Origin: Candidatus Curtissbacteria bacterium
GTDB lineage: Bacteria > Patescibacteriota > Microgenomatia > Curtissbacterales > GWA2-41-24
Assembly (NCBI GenBank): GCA_016183325.1
Contig: JACPEV010000009.1
Span: 1,303 to 65,302, forward strand
Reading direction: 5' to 3'
DNA: 64,000 bases
Part shown: positions 20,380-29,706 of the stretch, piece after piece
Layout of the letters: each line of letters begins with the position of its first letter
Position numbering within the stretch: the stretch's first letter is position 1
The notes under the pieces: model-generated
The model's input: only the letters and a program-made list of their open reading frames with translations
What the model was told of the DNA's origin: nothing
Databases searched by the model: none
Made by a program: the position numbers and the translations under genes

Positions 20380-20661
20380 TTATACTTCTGTTATTTTACC
20401 CCTTTGTCTCAATATTTGTAGATATTCATTATTAGAAAGATCACATCTTTTGTAATCATTTAATCGTGTAATGCTTAAACCTAGTTGTTTTGCTATGAGT
20501 GGTATATCTTTATCCTTTATTCCTGAATGGGAGCGTTTGGTTTTAAGTATGTATTTATTTCGATAAAAAATGTGATAAAAATAATGGTCGTTAGTATCTT
20601 CTTCTACTGTAAAAACTTCTTTTAGTTTAGTAATTATCTGATTAAAATCATGGATTCTCAT
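20380..20661 (-). CDS. Putative HicA-like toxin
   Basis: Small basic protein, DHYFY...TKRSHS...IAKQLGLS pattern resembles HicA fold. Confidence 0.5.
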   Translation of the reverse strand: MRIHDFNQIITKLKEVFTVEEDTNDHYFYHIFYRNKYILKTKRSHSGIKDKDIPLIAKQLGLSITRLNDYKRCDLSNNEYLQILRQRGKITEV

Positions 20662-21044
20662 TACCTTACGTTTTCAAGATAGTCTCTTAAAAATTCCCAA
20701 TACTTCACAGCAGAAGGTCCAAGACGATTTTCACCCACATCTTTTAACTTTTTATACAATAAAGCAATTTGCAACTTAATATTAGCGAGTGCTTTTTCCA
20801 AATCTTTGTCTCTTGCCCATAATTCAAGCTCATTTTGTTCAACATAATAATCTTCTCCGTCGAAATTTACGTTGAAATATATGGGTTTATGTAAAAGTAA
20901 GTTGGAGTCCAGACTATAGATAGAATTAATACCTGCGATTGCTATGTCTGGGGCAATAAATTTAGGCGTACTATTAGATAAAGTTCCGACGCTGTAAATC
21001 CACTGACTGAACTCGTCGGATTTTTTAGTATAATTTATGTCCAT
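20661..21044 (-). CDS. Putative HicB-like antitoxin
   Basis: YYVEQNELELWARDKDLEKALANIK resembles the HicB partial RNase H fold; translationally coupled. Confidence 0.5.
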   Translation of the reverse strand: MDINYTKKSDEFSQWIYSVGTLSNSTPKFIAPDIAIAGINSIYSLDSNLLLHKPIYFNVNFDGEDYYVEQNELELWARDKDLEKALANIKLQIALLYKKLKDVGENRLGPSAVKYWEFLRDYLENVR

Positions 21045-21046
21045 GG

Positions 21047-21334
21047 TTATTTATCCTCCTTTTTTTCCAGCTGGCTCCTAAGAGCTTCTAGAAATGCTTT
21101 TGCGATTTCTAAAGGTAAAACTATCTCTGACAACACTGGAATTCTTGTTTCTTTCTCTTTTTTTATTTTTTCTAATTCCCCTGGGTTAGCTGGTGGTTTT
21201 AGATCACAAAATTTTATAGATACATCTAAACCAGTTTTTGTTACCTCAACGTAGTTTGAATAAATACGCTGACTTCCGTCTGGGCGGTAAGCGATAATTT
21301 TTAATGGTACAGGCTGTTCATTTTTATTGGCCAT
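21047..21334 (-). CDS. DUF3467-like small protein
   Basis: IYSNYVEV...DVSIKFC...IVLPLEIAKAFLEAL; GGAG SD. Confidence 0.55.
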   Translation of the reverse strand: MANKNEQPVPLKIIAYRPDGSQRIYSNYVEVTKTGLDVSIKFCDLKPPANPGELEKIKKEKETRIPVLSEIVLPLEIAKAFLEALRSQLEKKEDK

Positions 21335-21492
21335 ATCTCCCTTTTAGTCTGACCGAAAGATACCACAGTTGCAACAACTACTTCAAGAAGGGATCATTTT
21401 AACAACTCACATCCACTTCCGATGTGAACCAGCTTTGCACATCGGCAATTAATTACGAATCCAAAGTCGACAATACTGCACGAACTTCGAAT

Positions 21493-21612
21493 TTAAATAA
21501 TTGGTCGACCGAATTTTATTAAATTTTCTTTCTTTTCTCTTCGCCATTTTTTGATTTGAGCTTCCCTTTGTCTTGCTTTTTTCAGTGTAGGATATTCTTT
21601 ATATACGAGTCC
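21493..21612 (-). pseudogene. C-terminal remnant of a small GIY-YIG (UPF0213-like) nuclease
   Basis: LVYKEYPTLKKARQREAQIKKWRREKKENLI; GIY-YIG N-terminus absent. Confidence 0.7.
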
Positions 21613-21617
21613 AAAAG

Positions 21618-21674
21618 TCGGAGAGGCGGGACTCGAACCCGCGACCCCCAGACCCCCAGCCTGGTGTGCTAGCC
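21618..21674 (-). pseudogene. 3' portion of a tRNA-Pro(GGG); 5' acceptor strand absent
   Basis: Revcomp GGCTAGCACA-CCAGG-CTGGGGG-TCTGG-GGGTC-GCGGG-TTCGAGT-CCCGC-CTCTCCGA. Confidence 0.75.
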
Positions 21675-21744
21675 TCAGCCAAAGGCTGATCGTCCTCTGG
21701 ACAAAACTGTCAGCCAAAGGCTGATCGTCCTCTGGACGAAACTG
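21675..21744. repeat. 35-bp tandem duplication of a double-hairpin unit
   Basis: TCAGCCAAAGGCTGATCGTCCTCTGGAC(A/G)AAACTG x2. Confidence 0.9.
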
Positions 21745-21769
21745 GAAACAACAAATCTTGCTAAATATG

Positions 21770-21843
21770 TCGGGGTACTCGGTTCCGCCCCGAGGACCTC
21801 ACGCACCCCATGCGTGCGCTCTGCCTATCTGAGCTATACCCCG
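21770..21843 (-). tRNA. tRNA-Pro(GGG) with atypical T-loop
   Basis: Cloverleaf: CGGGGTA/TACCCCG acceptor, CACGC-ATGGGGT-GCGTG anticodon arm, CTCGG-GGCGGAA-CCGAG T arm. Confidence 0.85.
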
Positions 21844-21984
21844 AACAGAATGAGGGGTATATCAGACGTAGTGCTGATTTACCCCGTCTTGGTAAAGAGG
21901 ATTATATTTTATCACTAAACGTTTGACAATAAAATCTGCCCCATTTCATAATTAAAATAATAACTCATGTTACGCAAACTTCCT

Positions 21985-22083
21985 TGTCATTCCCATGAAA
22001 ATGGGAATCTATATGCATAAAGAGTCGGGATTCCCGCTCTGGAATTAATAAATTCCGAGTCGTAGACTTACGCGGGAATGACA
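21985..22083. repeat. RPE/dRS3-like palindromic element
   Basis: TGTCATTCCC...GGGAATGACA termini; contains ATTCCC-N8-GGGAAT. Confidence 0.75.
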
Positions 22084-22266
22084 ATGCGTAAGGTGAGATA
22101 ATAACTATGACGATACGAATCATCGTAGTTAAAGTTCGGCTGACCTTACCCCACTTTGGTAACAGATGATGATAGTCTTCAGATAAAAAGGGCAAAGTTC
22201 GGTACTTGTATTTTTAGCTAATCTATAGTAAAACTAGTCTGAATTCACACTGCCCAGATCTTGTCA

Positions 22267-23337
22267 ATGACAGTCTCCGATGCCAAAAAGCAAGCCATTT
22301 TAACTGCCATTTCCCAAATCGAAAAAGCCTACGGAAAGGGTTCCATCATGAAGATGGGCGAACATATTGGCAAATTAGATGTCGAAGTTTTGAGTACCGG
22401 TGTCTTACCGGTTGATTTGGCTCTGGGAGTTGGCGGTCTGCCAAGGGGCCGAATTATTGAAATATTCGGACCGGAAGCATCCGGTAAAACCACTTTAACA
22501 CTCTCGCTAATTGCTCAAGCGCAAAAAAACGGAGGTACCGCAGCTTTAATCGATGCCGAACACGCCCTCGACCCTCTTTGGGCTCAAAAGGTTGGCGTAA
22601 ACCTTGATGATCTTTTGATTTCTCAGCCGGATACTGGTGAACAGGCACTGGAAATCGCCGAAACCTTAATTCGCTCGGGTGCGGTAGATGCTATAGTAGT
22701 TGATTCTGTTGCGGCCCTAGTTCCCAGGGCAGAAATTGAAGGCGAGATGGGTGATTCCATGATGGGTGTTCAGGCAAGGTTAATGTCTCAAGCTCTAAGA
22801 AAATTAACAGGGGCAATTTCCAAATCCAAAACAGTTGCCATCTTCACCAATCAACTAAGAGAAAAAATAGGAGTTATGTTTGGTAATCCTGAAACTACTC
22901 CGGGTGGCCGTGCTCTTAAGTTTTACTCATCTGTCCGGCTCGACACCAGGAAGATCGAGAACATAAAAGAAGGAGATCGCGTAATCGGGTCACGTCATCG
23001 TGTCAAGGTCGTCAAGAATAAAGTCGCACCCCCATTTAGAATAGCTGAATTTGATATCACAGGCGAGGAAGGAATCTCCAGAGAAGGTGGTCTTCTGGAC
23101 GTTGCATTAGAACTTGGTTTAGTTACAAAATCTGGAGCGTTCTTCAGGTGGAACTCAAAACTCATTGGCCAGGGGAGAGAAAGCGCAAAGGCTTATTTTA
23201 CAGAACACAAAAAAGAGGCTCAAAGTCTTGAAAAAGAAATCTGGGCCAAGGTTAAAAAAGGTCTTCCCCAAAAACCTGTTGTGACAAATTCAGAATCCGA
23301 AGACGAGGGAATCCTGGAAGAGATAGTTGCTGCCTAA
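22267..23337 (+). CDS. recA: Recombinase A
   Basis: [35 protein letters not shown]. Confidence 0.99.
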   Translation: MTVSDAKKQAILTAISQIEKAYGKGSIMKMGEHIGKLDVEVLSTGVLPVDLALGVGGLPRGRIIEIFGPEASGKTTLTLSLIAQAQKNGGTAALIDAEHALDPLWAQKVGVNLDDLLISQPDTGEQALEIAETLIRSGAVDAIVVDSVAALVPRAEIEGEMGDSMMGVQARLMSQALRKLTGAISKSKTVAIFTNQLREKIGVMFGNPETTPGGRALKFYSSVRLDTRKIENIKEGDRVIGSRHRVKVVKNKVAPPFRIAEFDITGEEGISREGGLLDVALELGLVTKSGAFFRWNSKLIGQGRESAKAYFTEHKKEAQSLEKEIWAKVKKGLPQKPVVTNSESEDEGILEEIVAA

Positions 23338-24001
23338 AGTGCCGCAAATTACTGCAATCGAACCTCAGAAATCGTCTAAAAGACGAAAAAGCCGCTTCAA
23401 CATTTACCTCGACGGTAATTTCGCCTTCGCCGTTGATGAAAACACTCTCGTCAAAAATAACCTTCGGATTAATCAGCAAATCACGCAAGAGCAAGTCGAA
23501 AAGTTACTAAAAGAGACTGTTCTTTCCAAATTCCAAGATTTAGCTCTCAGGTTTTTATCATACCGCCAAAGGAGCGAGAAAGAAGTCAGAGATTATCTCA
23601 CGAACAAAATCGCCAAAAAGGAAAATATTAAATATCAGGAAGCTAAAGAAAGCCCCTTAATAGAAAAAATCATCTCCAAGTTAAGAAGATACAATTATCT
23701 CAATGATCGCCAGTTTGCCAAATGGTGGATTGCCGCGAGAAAATTTCGTCCAAAAGGATTAAATTTAATCAAGCTTGAACTTATCAAAAAAGGTATTGAC
23801 AAGGATATAATAGAAGAAGTTCTAAGTGGCTCAGGCAGTCAACTCGAACTGGCCCAAATTGCCCTCACAAAAAAAATCAAAAAATTCCAAAAATTACCAC
23901 CTATCGAGTTGAAAAAGAGAGTCTATCAGTACTTATCAAATCGAGGTTTTGATTACGACACTATTAGGCAGGTGTTTGCACATTTAGTCAAAAAGTTGTA
24001 G
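23327..24001 (+). CDS. recX: Regulatory protein RecX
   Basis: [30 protein letters not shown]; follows recA. Confidence 0.93.
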   Translation: MLPKVPQITAIEPQKSSKRRKSRFNIYLDGNFAFAVDENTLVKNNLRINQQITQEQVEKLLKETVLSKFQDLALRFLSYRQRSEKEVRDYLTNKIAKKENIKYQEAKESPLIEKIISKLRRYNYLNDRQFAKWWIAARKFRPKGLNLIKLELIKKGIDKDIIEEVLSGSGSQLELAQIALTKKIKKFQKLPPIELKKRVYQYLSNRGFDYDTIRQVFAHLVKKL

Positions 24002-24151
24002 AATTTAGTGTAGGAAAACTGAAGATTAAGAAGTAAGTTTTTAAAGATGACATATTTAGTCACAACCGAGTCTGGCTCGGTCGCAACTTTCTTCAAAAAC
24101 TTGATTCAAGCCTAATTTAGGCTTTTTCTTCTTGCGGTTTTCCAAATACAA

Positions 24152-25687
24152 ATGGCTATAATGGACGTTTTTAAAGACCAGTCAAATAAAAGACGGGGTC
24201 AAAGGAACCAAAGTTCAAATCAAGACTTTTCAAACAGGTCAAAGAAAGTCGTGGTTTCCGTGGGCAGACAAAATCCAAGACCCCAGCCACCGCAAGATTA
24301 TCAATCTTCACGGGAAATTATCCAGGATGCCCGTGATGAAGCGTTCAGGATTAAAAAAGCCGTCGAGGAGGAAGCTGCCAAAATCCGCCAAGAATCTTTG
24401 GAACTGGAAAAGAGAATTGCTCAAAAAGAAGAAACAATTTACTCAAAACTTTCACAACTTGAGAACAGTGAAAAAGAAATAGAGAGATATAAACAAGCCC
24501 TCACAAAAAAAGAACAAGAAATTGAAACACTTCGGGATAATCTCATTAAGGAATTAGAGAAAGTTGGTTCTCTGACGCGAGAGGAAGCGAAAAAACTGAT
24601 TTTAGAAAATCTGGAAAGTCATCTCAAGGATGATGTTGCCAAAAAAATAAAAGAGGCAGAAGAGGAAATCAAAGCAACAAGTCAACAAAAAGCTAAAGAC
24701 ATCATCGCCAACGCCATGATTGCAGGAGCAACAGATTGGGTTGCCGAGTACACTGTTTCAACAGTTAAGTTGGAATCGGATGAAATGAAAGGCCGCATAA
24801 TTGGAAAAGAGGGCCGTAATATTCGAGCGTTTGAGTTGGCAACCGGTGTTGATGTTGAACTCGATAGCGAAATCCCCAACGAAGTTAGGCTTTCTTCTTT
24901 TGATCCTATAAGACGCGAAGTTGCCAGGATTGCCCTTGAGATGCTGGTCAAAGATGCCCGTATTCAACCAACCAGAATCGAACAGCTGGTTCAAAAAGCA
25001 AAACAGATGGTTCAGAGTGATATGTCCGAAGCCGGTCGTCGGGCTGCCCAGAGCTTGGGACTCTACAATTTACCCCAGGAAGCCTTAGATACTTTAGGTC
25101 GCCTTAAATTCCGCTATTCTTATGGCCAAAATCAACTGATCGCTGCAGTCGAAACAGGTAGTATCGCCAAAAAACTTGCAGAGGAGTTAGGGGCTAAAAT
25201 GATAGTTTGTGCTACAGGTGGCCTATTCCATGATATCGGCAAGACTCAAGTTGACAAAGAAGGTACGCATGTTGAGTTGGGAGTTGAACTTGCCAAAAAA
25301 TGGAATTTCCCGAAAGCAATTATCGACTGTATCGCTCAGCACCACGAAGACGAACCATTCACCAGCATCGAATCGATTGTTGTACACTTATCAGATGCGG
25401 TTTCCGGCGCAAGACCAGGTGCTCGCCATGAACCGGTGGAAGAGTATATTAAAAGACTGGGAAACATTGAAAAAGTCGCCACAAGTTTTTCCGGTGTTGA
25501 AAAAGCATACGCAATTCAAGCGGGGAGAGAAATTAGGGTAATTGTCAAGCCTGACATCATTGATGATTCTAGCATTGTTAAGCTTGCTCACGATATTAGA
25601 GAAAAATTGGAAAAAGAATTAACTTATCCCGGCCAAATTATGGTCACGGTTATTCGCGAAACCCGGGCAGTCGATATTGCCAAATGA
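24152..25687 (+). CDS. rny: Ribonuclease Y
   Basis: MKGRIIGKEGRNIR (KH), HDIGK (HD), YAIQAGREIRV. Confidence 0.96.
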   Translation: MAIMDVFKDQSNKRRGQRNQSSNQDFSNRSKKVVVSVGRQNPRPQPPQDYQSSREIIQDARDEAFRIKKAVEEEAAKIRQESLELEKRIAQKEETIYSKLSQLENSEKEIERYKQALTKKEQEIETLRDNLIKELEKVGSLTREEAKKLILENLESHLKDDVAKKIKEAEEEIKATSQQKAKDIIANAMIAGATDWVAEYTVSTVKLESDEMKGRIIGKEGRNIRAFELATGVDVELDSEIPNEVRLSSFDPIRREVARIALEMLVKDARIQPTRIEQLVQKAKQMVQSDMSEAGRRAAQSLGLYNLPQEALDTLGRLKFRYSYGQNQLIAAVETGSIAKKLAEELGAKMIVCATGGLFHDIGKTQVDKEGTHVELGVELAKKWNFPKAIIDCIAQHHEDEPFTSIESIVVHLSDAVSGARPGARHEPVEEYIKRLGNIEKVATSFSGVEKAYAIQAGREIRVIVKPDIIDDSSIVKLAHDIREKLEKELTYPGQIMVTVIRETRAVDIAK

Positions 25688-25787
25688 ATCGCATTTGACA
25701 AAATCAATCTTTAGATTATAATAACAATCAATAATTCTTATTCGGATACATTGGGATTATTAATAATTCGGATAAATTCGTATTTAA

Positions 25788-26060
25788 ATGACCAAAAACG
25801 AACTCATCGAAAAAGTAGCCAAAAAAGTGGGTCTCACTAAAAAGGCCGCATTTGAAGCTGTTAACGCAGTGTTTGGCAATATCAAAGAAGGACTCGCCAA
25901 AGGTGACAAAATTGTCATTTCCGGGTTCGGAACATTCAAAGTGAGATCCAGAGCAACACGAACAGGAAGGAATCCGCAAACCGGCTCATCAATCAAAATT
26001 GCCGGCCACAAACTCCCAGGCTTCACCGCCGGCAAAACCCTTAAGAGATTAATCAAGTAA
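25788..26060 (+). CDS. hup: HU DNA-binding protein
   Basis: MTKNELI...GFGTF...GRNPQTG...FTAGK. Confidence 0.97.
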   Translation: MTKNELIEKVAKKVGLTKKAAFEAVNAVFGNIKEGLAKGDKIVISGFGTFKVRSRATRTGRNPQTGSSIKIAGHKLPGFTAGKTLKRLIK

Positions 26061-26075
26061 ACTATTTGAGGAATT

Positions 26076-26381
26076 TTAGGCCGCCTTTTTACCAAGGCGT
26101 TCTTGACGAAGCGCAAAGGCTAAAGCTGAATGTTCTGGAGTCAATTTTGTAACTGCCGGTTTATCCGAAAGTCCCGTTGACGATGGTGAACCTGTTCTGA
26201 TTGAGGTGACCTGCGGTGTCAGTATATCATCCTCCGGGACATCTACGATCCGACCGTCAGTTGCCTCAATTTCTTGCCTAATTGCCCTAATCTGTCCTGC
26301 AATATAAGCATCAGAACTTGGTGGTTCTGTTGTCTGACCACCAAGGATTCTCTCTTTGTTATTTACGTCGTGTTCAGGCAT
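26076..26381 (-). CDS. Hypothetical protein
   Basis: Fills the intergenic gap, convergent with HU; no family recognised. Confidence 0.5.
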   Translation of the reverse strand: MPEHDVNNKERILGGQTTEPPSSDAYIAGQIRAIRQEIEATDGRIVDVPEDDILTPQVTSIRTGSPSSTGLSDKPAVTKLTPEHSALAFALRQERLGKKAA

Positions 26382-26465
26382 ATTTCAGTTCTCTTTTTAT
26401 ATGCCGCACTATACAACTTTTGGGTCCCAAAGTCAACGAAAAATTTTATGCTAGAATTAAACAAC

Positions 26466-27446
26466 ATGGCCGTTATTGAGGTTAAAAATTTAACAAAAAT
26501 TTTTACCGTTTATCAAAAAGAACCAGGAATCTTGGGAACTTTCAAATCACTTTTTGGGCGCAAATACGAAGAGATCAAGGCAGTTGACAACATCTCTTTT
26601 TCGATCGAAGAAGGCGAACTGGTCGGTTTTATTGGTCCCAACGGCGCCGGCAAAACCACTACTCTCAAATGTCTCTCAGGCCTTCTTTATCCGACAGGCG
26701 GTGTTATCAACGTTTTGGGTTTCCAACCTTGGCGAAGAAAAGCTGATTTTCTCAAAAAAATCGCCTTTGTCATGGGACAGAAAAACCAGCTTTGGTGGGA
26801 TCTGCCCCCAATGGAAACTTTTGTTCTCAATAAAGAGATTTATGGACTGTCTGACGAAAAGTTTAAAAAAGTTCTGGGCGATCTGGTAGACCTTCTTGAC
26901 CTTTCTGACTTACTGAAAGTTCCGGTCAAAAAACTTTCGCTTGGTCAGCGCATGAAATGCGAACTGATTGCATCACTGCTTCATTCCCCTCAAGTGCTCT
27001 ATCTTGACGAACCCACAATAGGTTTAGATGTAGTTATGCAGAAAAAACTTCGCGATTTCATACGTGATTATAACCACAAGTATAAGGCAACCATAATGTT
27101 AACCAGCCATTATATGGCAGATGTCGAAGCGCTTGCCAGGCGAGTGATCATCATCAATCGCGGCAGGATCCTATTTGACGGCGATCTTACATCTCTTATC
27201 AAAAAACATGCACCTTATAAGCTCATAACTTTGGTTCTCAAAGAGCAAGTTGCCCGTCAGAAGTTTGAGAAACTAGGAAAAATTAAGAAATTTTCCTATC
27301 CAGAAGTTGTCCTCAAGGTCGAAAGTCATCTGTCCAATAAAATCGCAGCTAAAATCTTAGAGAATTTTCCAGTCGATGATTTAAATATTGAAGATGCCGA
27401 CATCGAAGAAGTTATTAGAGAAATCTTCCAATCTCAAAATGAATAA
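26466..27446 (+). CDS. ABC transporter ATP-binding protein
   Basis: GPNGAGKTT, GQKNQLWWDLP, LSLGQRMK, LDEPTIGLD; start set at 26466. Confidence 0.94.
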   Translation: MAVIEVKNLTKIFTVYQKEPGILGTFKSLFGRKYEEIKAVDNISFSIEEGELVGFIGPNGAGKTTTLKCLSGLLYPTGGVINVLGFQPWRRKADFLKKIAFVMGQKNQLWWDLPPMETFVLNKEIYGLSDEKFKKVLGDLVDLLDLSDLLKVPVKKLSLGQRMKCELIASLLHSPQVLYLDEPTIGLDVVMQKKLRDFIRDYNHKYKATIMLTSHYMADVEALARRVIIINRGRILFDGDLTSLIKKHAPYKLITLVLKEQVARQKFEKLGKIKKFSYPEVVLKVESHLSNKIAAKILENFPVDDLNIEDADIEEVIREIFQSQNE

Positions 27447-28233
27447 ATATTTTCAAGTTGCCAAAAATACTTGGGATGAAACAGTCAGTTACCGACTGAA
27501 TTTTGTGATGTGGCGCATTCGAGTTGTTTTACAAATAATCACCCTCTACTTTTTATGGCTTTCAATTTTACCAAAAGATACGACTTTTCTTGGTTACAAT
27601 CAGTCTCTTATGCTTACCTATATTCTTGGGACATCGCTTTTGGCAGCTTTTGTTCTTTCTTCAAGAAGCTACAGCGTCGGTGACGAAATCAATCAAGGCA
27701 ATCTCTCCAACTTTCTAATTAAACCCATTAATTATTTTCTTTATCATTTCGCCAGGGACGTCGGTGACAAATCCATGAACATTGTTTTTTCAATTTTCGA
27801 ACTTACAATTTTATTTCTTCTGCTGCGCCCACCCATTTTTATCCAAACCGATCCATTCTTTCTATTTTTGTTTCTGATATCAGCCATTTTGGCCTTACTT
27901 TTATATTTTTTCTTTAATTTTTTACTTGGTCTTGTCGGTTTCTGGAGCCCAGAAGTTTGGGCGCCAAGATTTATTTTCTTTATTGTTATTACCTTTTTTG
28001 CCGGGGGTCTTTTTCCACTAGATATTCTTCCAAAATCAGTATTTACTGTTTTTCAACTTTTGCCATTTCCTTATCTTCTATACTTTCCACTCAAAATTTA
28101 TTTAGGACAACTGCCACTTTTTGAAATTTTTAAAGGCCTGACAGTTTCGTTTATCTGGTTAATTTTAATGTATTTGTTAGTTAAATTTATCTGGAATGTA
28201 GGTCTTAAACTTTACACCGCTCAAGGACGATAA
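27439..28233 (+). CDS. ABC-2 family permease
   Basis: TM-rich; GNLSNFLIKP, GGLFPLDILP. Confidence 0.88.
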   Translation: MNKYFQVAKNTWDETVSYRLNFVMWRIRVVLQIITLYFLWLSILPKDTTFLGYNQSLMLTYILGTSLLAAFVLSSRSYSVGDEINQGNLSNFLIKPINYFLYHFARDVGDKSMNIVFSIFELTILFLLLRPPIFIQTDPFFLFLFLISAILALLLYFFFNFLLGLVGFWSPEVWAPRFIFFIVITFFAGGLFPLDILPKSVFTVFQLLPFPYLLYFPLKIYLGQLPLFEIFKGLTVSFIWLILMYLLVKFIWNVGLKLYTAQGR

Positions 28234-28274
28234 GAGGCGACACTACTGTCATCCTGAGCGAAGCGAAGGATCTC

Positions 28275-29060
28275 ATGTTAAAAAAATATTTCAAAATCTG
28301 GCTTTTGATGACAACTTGCGTTTCACAAATCGCTTTCCTTTCACGCTTTGGTGCAGTCTTGTTTATTATTGGCAAATTCCTACGCTTCGGATTCTTTTTA
28401 CTTTTTCTAATTATTCTAGAGACGCAAACCAAGGGCATCGAAGGTTATAATCTTTGGCAAGTGATATTTTTCTTTGCAACCTTCAATCTCATCGACACCC
28501 TACCTCAGCTATTCTTTCGTGAAGTTTATCGCTTTAGATCTTATGTTGTCTCGGGTCAATTTGATTTCTTTTTGACCAAACCGCTCTCACCACTTTTTAG
28601 ATCACTTCTTGGGGGAAGCGATATTTTAGATCTTTCGATGATTTTTATTGCAGTCGGTTTTATTGCACTCTCTGCCACTCGACTTGAGGGTATTACTGGT
28701 CTATCCATAATTTCTTATCTACTTTTGATTGCCAACGCTTTAGTAATTGCCATGGCACTGCACATTCTGGTTATCTCAGTTGGTGTTTTAACGACCGAAG
28801 TTGACAACACCATTATGCTTTATCGGGATATCACCCAAATGGGCCGCATTCCTGTGGATGTTTACCGCGAACCGCTAAGCTTCCTAATCACCTTTGTTAT
28901 ACCTGTCGGAGTTATGGCGACCTTCCCGGCCAAAGCTTTAATGGGACTGTTGACCTTGCAGTTTATGATGATTTCTTTTTTAATCAGCGGAATTTTACTG
29001 GCAGCAAGCCTTGCTTTTTGGAAGTTTTCCCTCAAAAACTACTCGTCGATATCTACTTAA
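28275..29060 (+). CDS. ABC-2 family permease
   Basis: TM-rich; GQFDFFLTKP, RIPVDVY. Confidence 0.88.
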   Translation: MLKKYFKIWLLMTTCVSQIAFLSRFGAVLFIIGKFLRFGFFLLFLIILETQTKGIEGYNLWQVIFFFATFNLIDTLPQLFFREVYRFRSYVVSGQFDFFLTKPLSPLFRSLLGGSDILDLSMIFIAVGFIALSATRLEGITGLSIISYLLLIANALVIAMALHILVISVGVLTTEVDNTIMLYRDITQMGRIPVDVYREPLSFLITFVIPVGVMATFPAKALMGLLTLQFMMISFLISGILLAASLAFWKFSLKNYSSIST

Positions 29061-29078
29061 TTAAGCCCTCAAATTTAG

Positions 29079-29192
29079 GTAACTGTTCACCGTTACTGAC
29101 ACAACGCATATTGTTCGAGGCTGAAAGCCGAGAACTAAACTTCTCGCTCACGCTCGAAGAGTAATAACGTGTCAGCGATTGTGAACTCTTAC
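29079..29192. mobile_element. 114-bp MITE, copy 1
   Basis: Imperfect ~24-bp TIRs GTAACTGTTCAC.../...GTGAACTCTTAC; flanked by 8-bp duplication AAATTTAG; identical to 55393-55506. Confidence 0.9.
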
Positions 29193-29232
29193 AAATTTAG
29201 TTATGGATAGAATCCGTGTTAAGATTATTGAT

Positions 29233-29604
29233 ATGGGACATAGAGATAGTTTCTTTAAGCATCAGATAGTCAGTTTTTCTTATGCTATCGAAGGAATCAT
29301 TTATAGCTTTAAAAAAGGTACTCATTTTAAAATCCAGACTCTGGCCGCAGTTGCGGCCGTAATTGCCGCAGTCATTTATAAAATTAGCTATATTGAATGG
29401 TTGACTATCATCCTTATCTCGTCAGCCATTCTGGCTGCCGAAGCGATCAACACGGGCATTGAAGAAACTGGCGATGTTTTGCATCCCGAACATCATCCTC
29501 GCGTCAAATTGGCCAAACACTGCGCCGCCGGCGGTGTCCTCATCCTATCCATCGCAGCAGTCATTATCGGAGCAATTATTTTCCTCCCAAAAATCTTCGT
29601 CTAA
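29233..29604 (+). CDS. dgkA: Diacylglycerol/undecaprenol kinase family protein
   Basis: SFSYAIEGI...AEAINTGIE...LAKHCAAGGV; 3 TM segments. Confidence 0.88.
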   Translation: MGHRDSFFKHQIVSFSYAIEGIIYSFKKGTHFKIQTLAAVAAVIAAVIYKISYIEWLTIILISSAILAAEAINTGIEETGDVLHPEHHPRVKLAKHCAAGGVLILSIAAVIIGAIIFLPKIFV

Positions 29605-29706
29605 AACCCCACACCAAAAACACGCAATTGCGTAAAAATGGTACGGATCGAAATTGTTATTTTGTGATAAAATTTCTTATCAATTTAACAATGTAACAAT
29701 TTAGCA

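Noticed and set aside
21493-21717. 74-aa ORF as a real gene
   Set aside because: Chimeric read-through of repeat, tRNA fragment and GIY-YIG remnant
21675-21744. 35-bp tandem repeat read as a mini CRISPR array
   Set aside because: Two adjacent copies with no unique spacer
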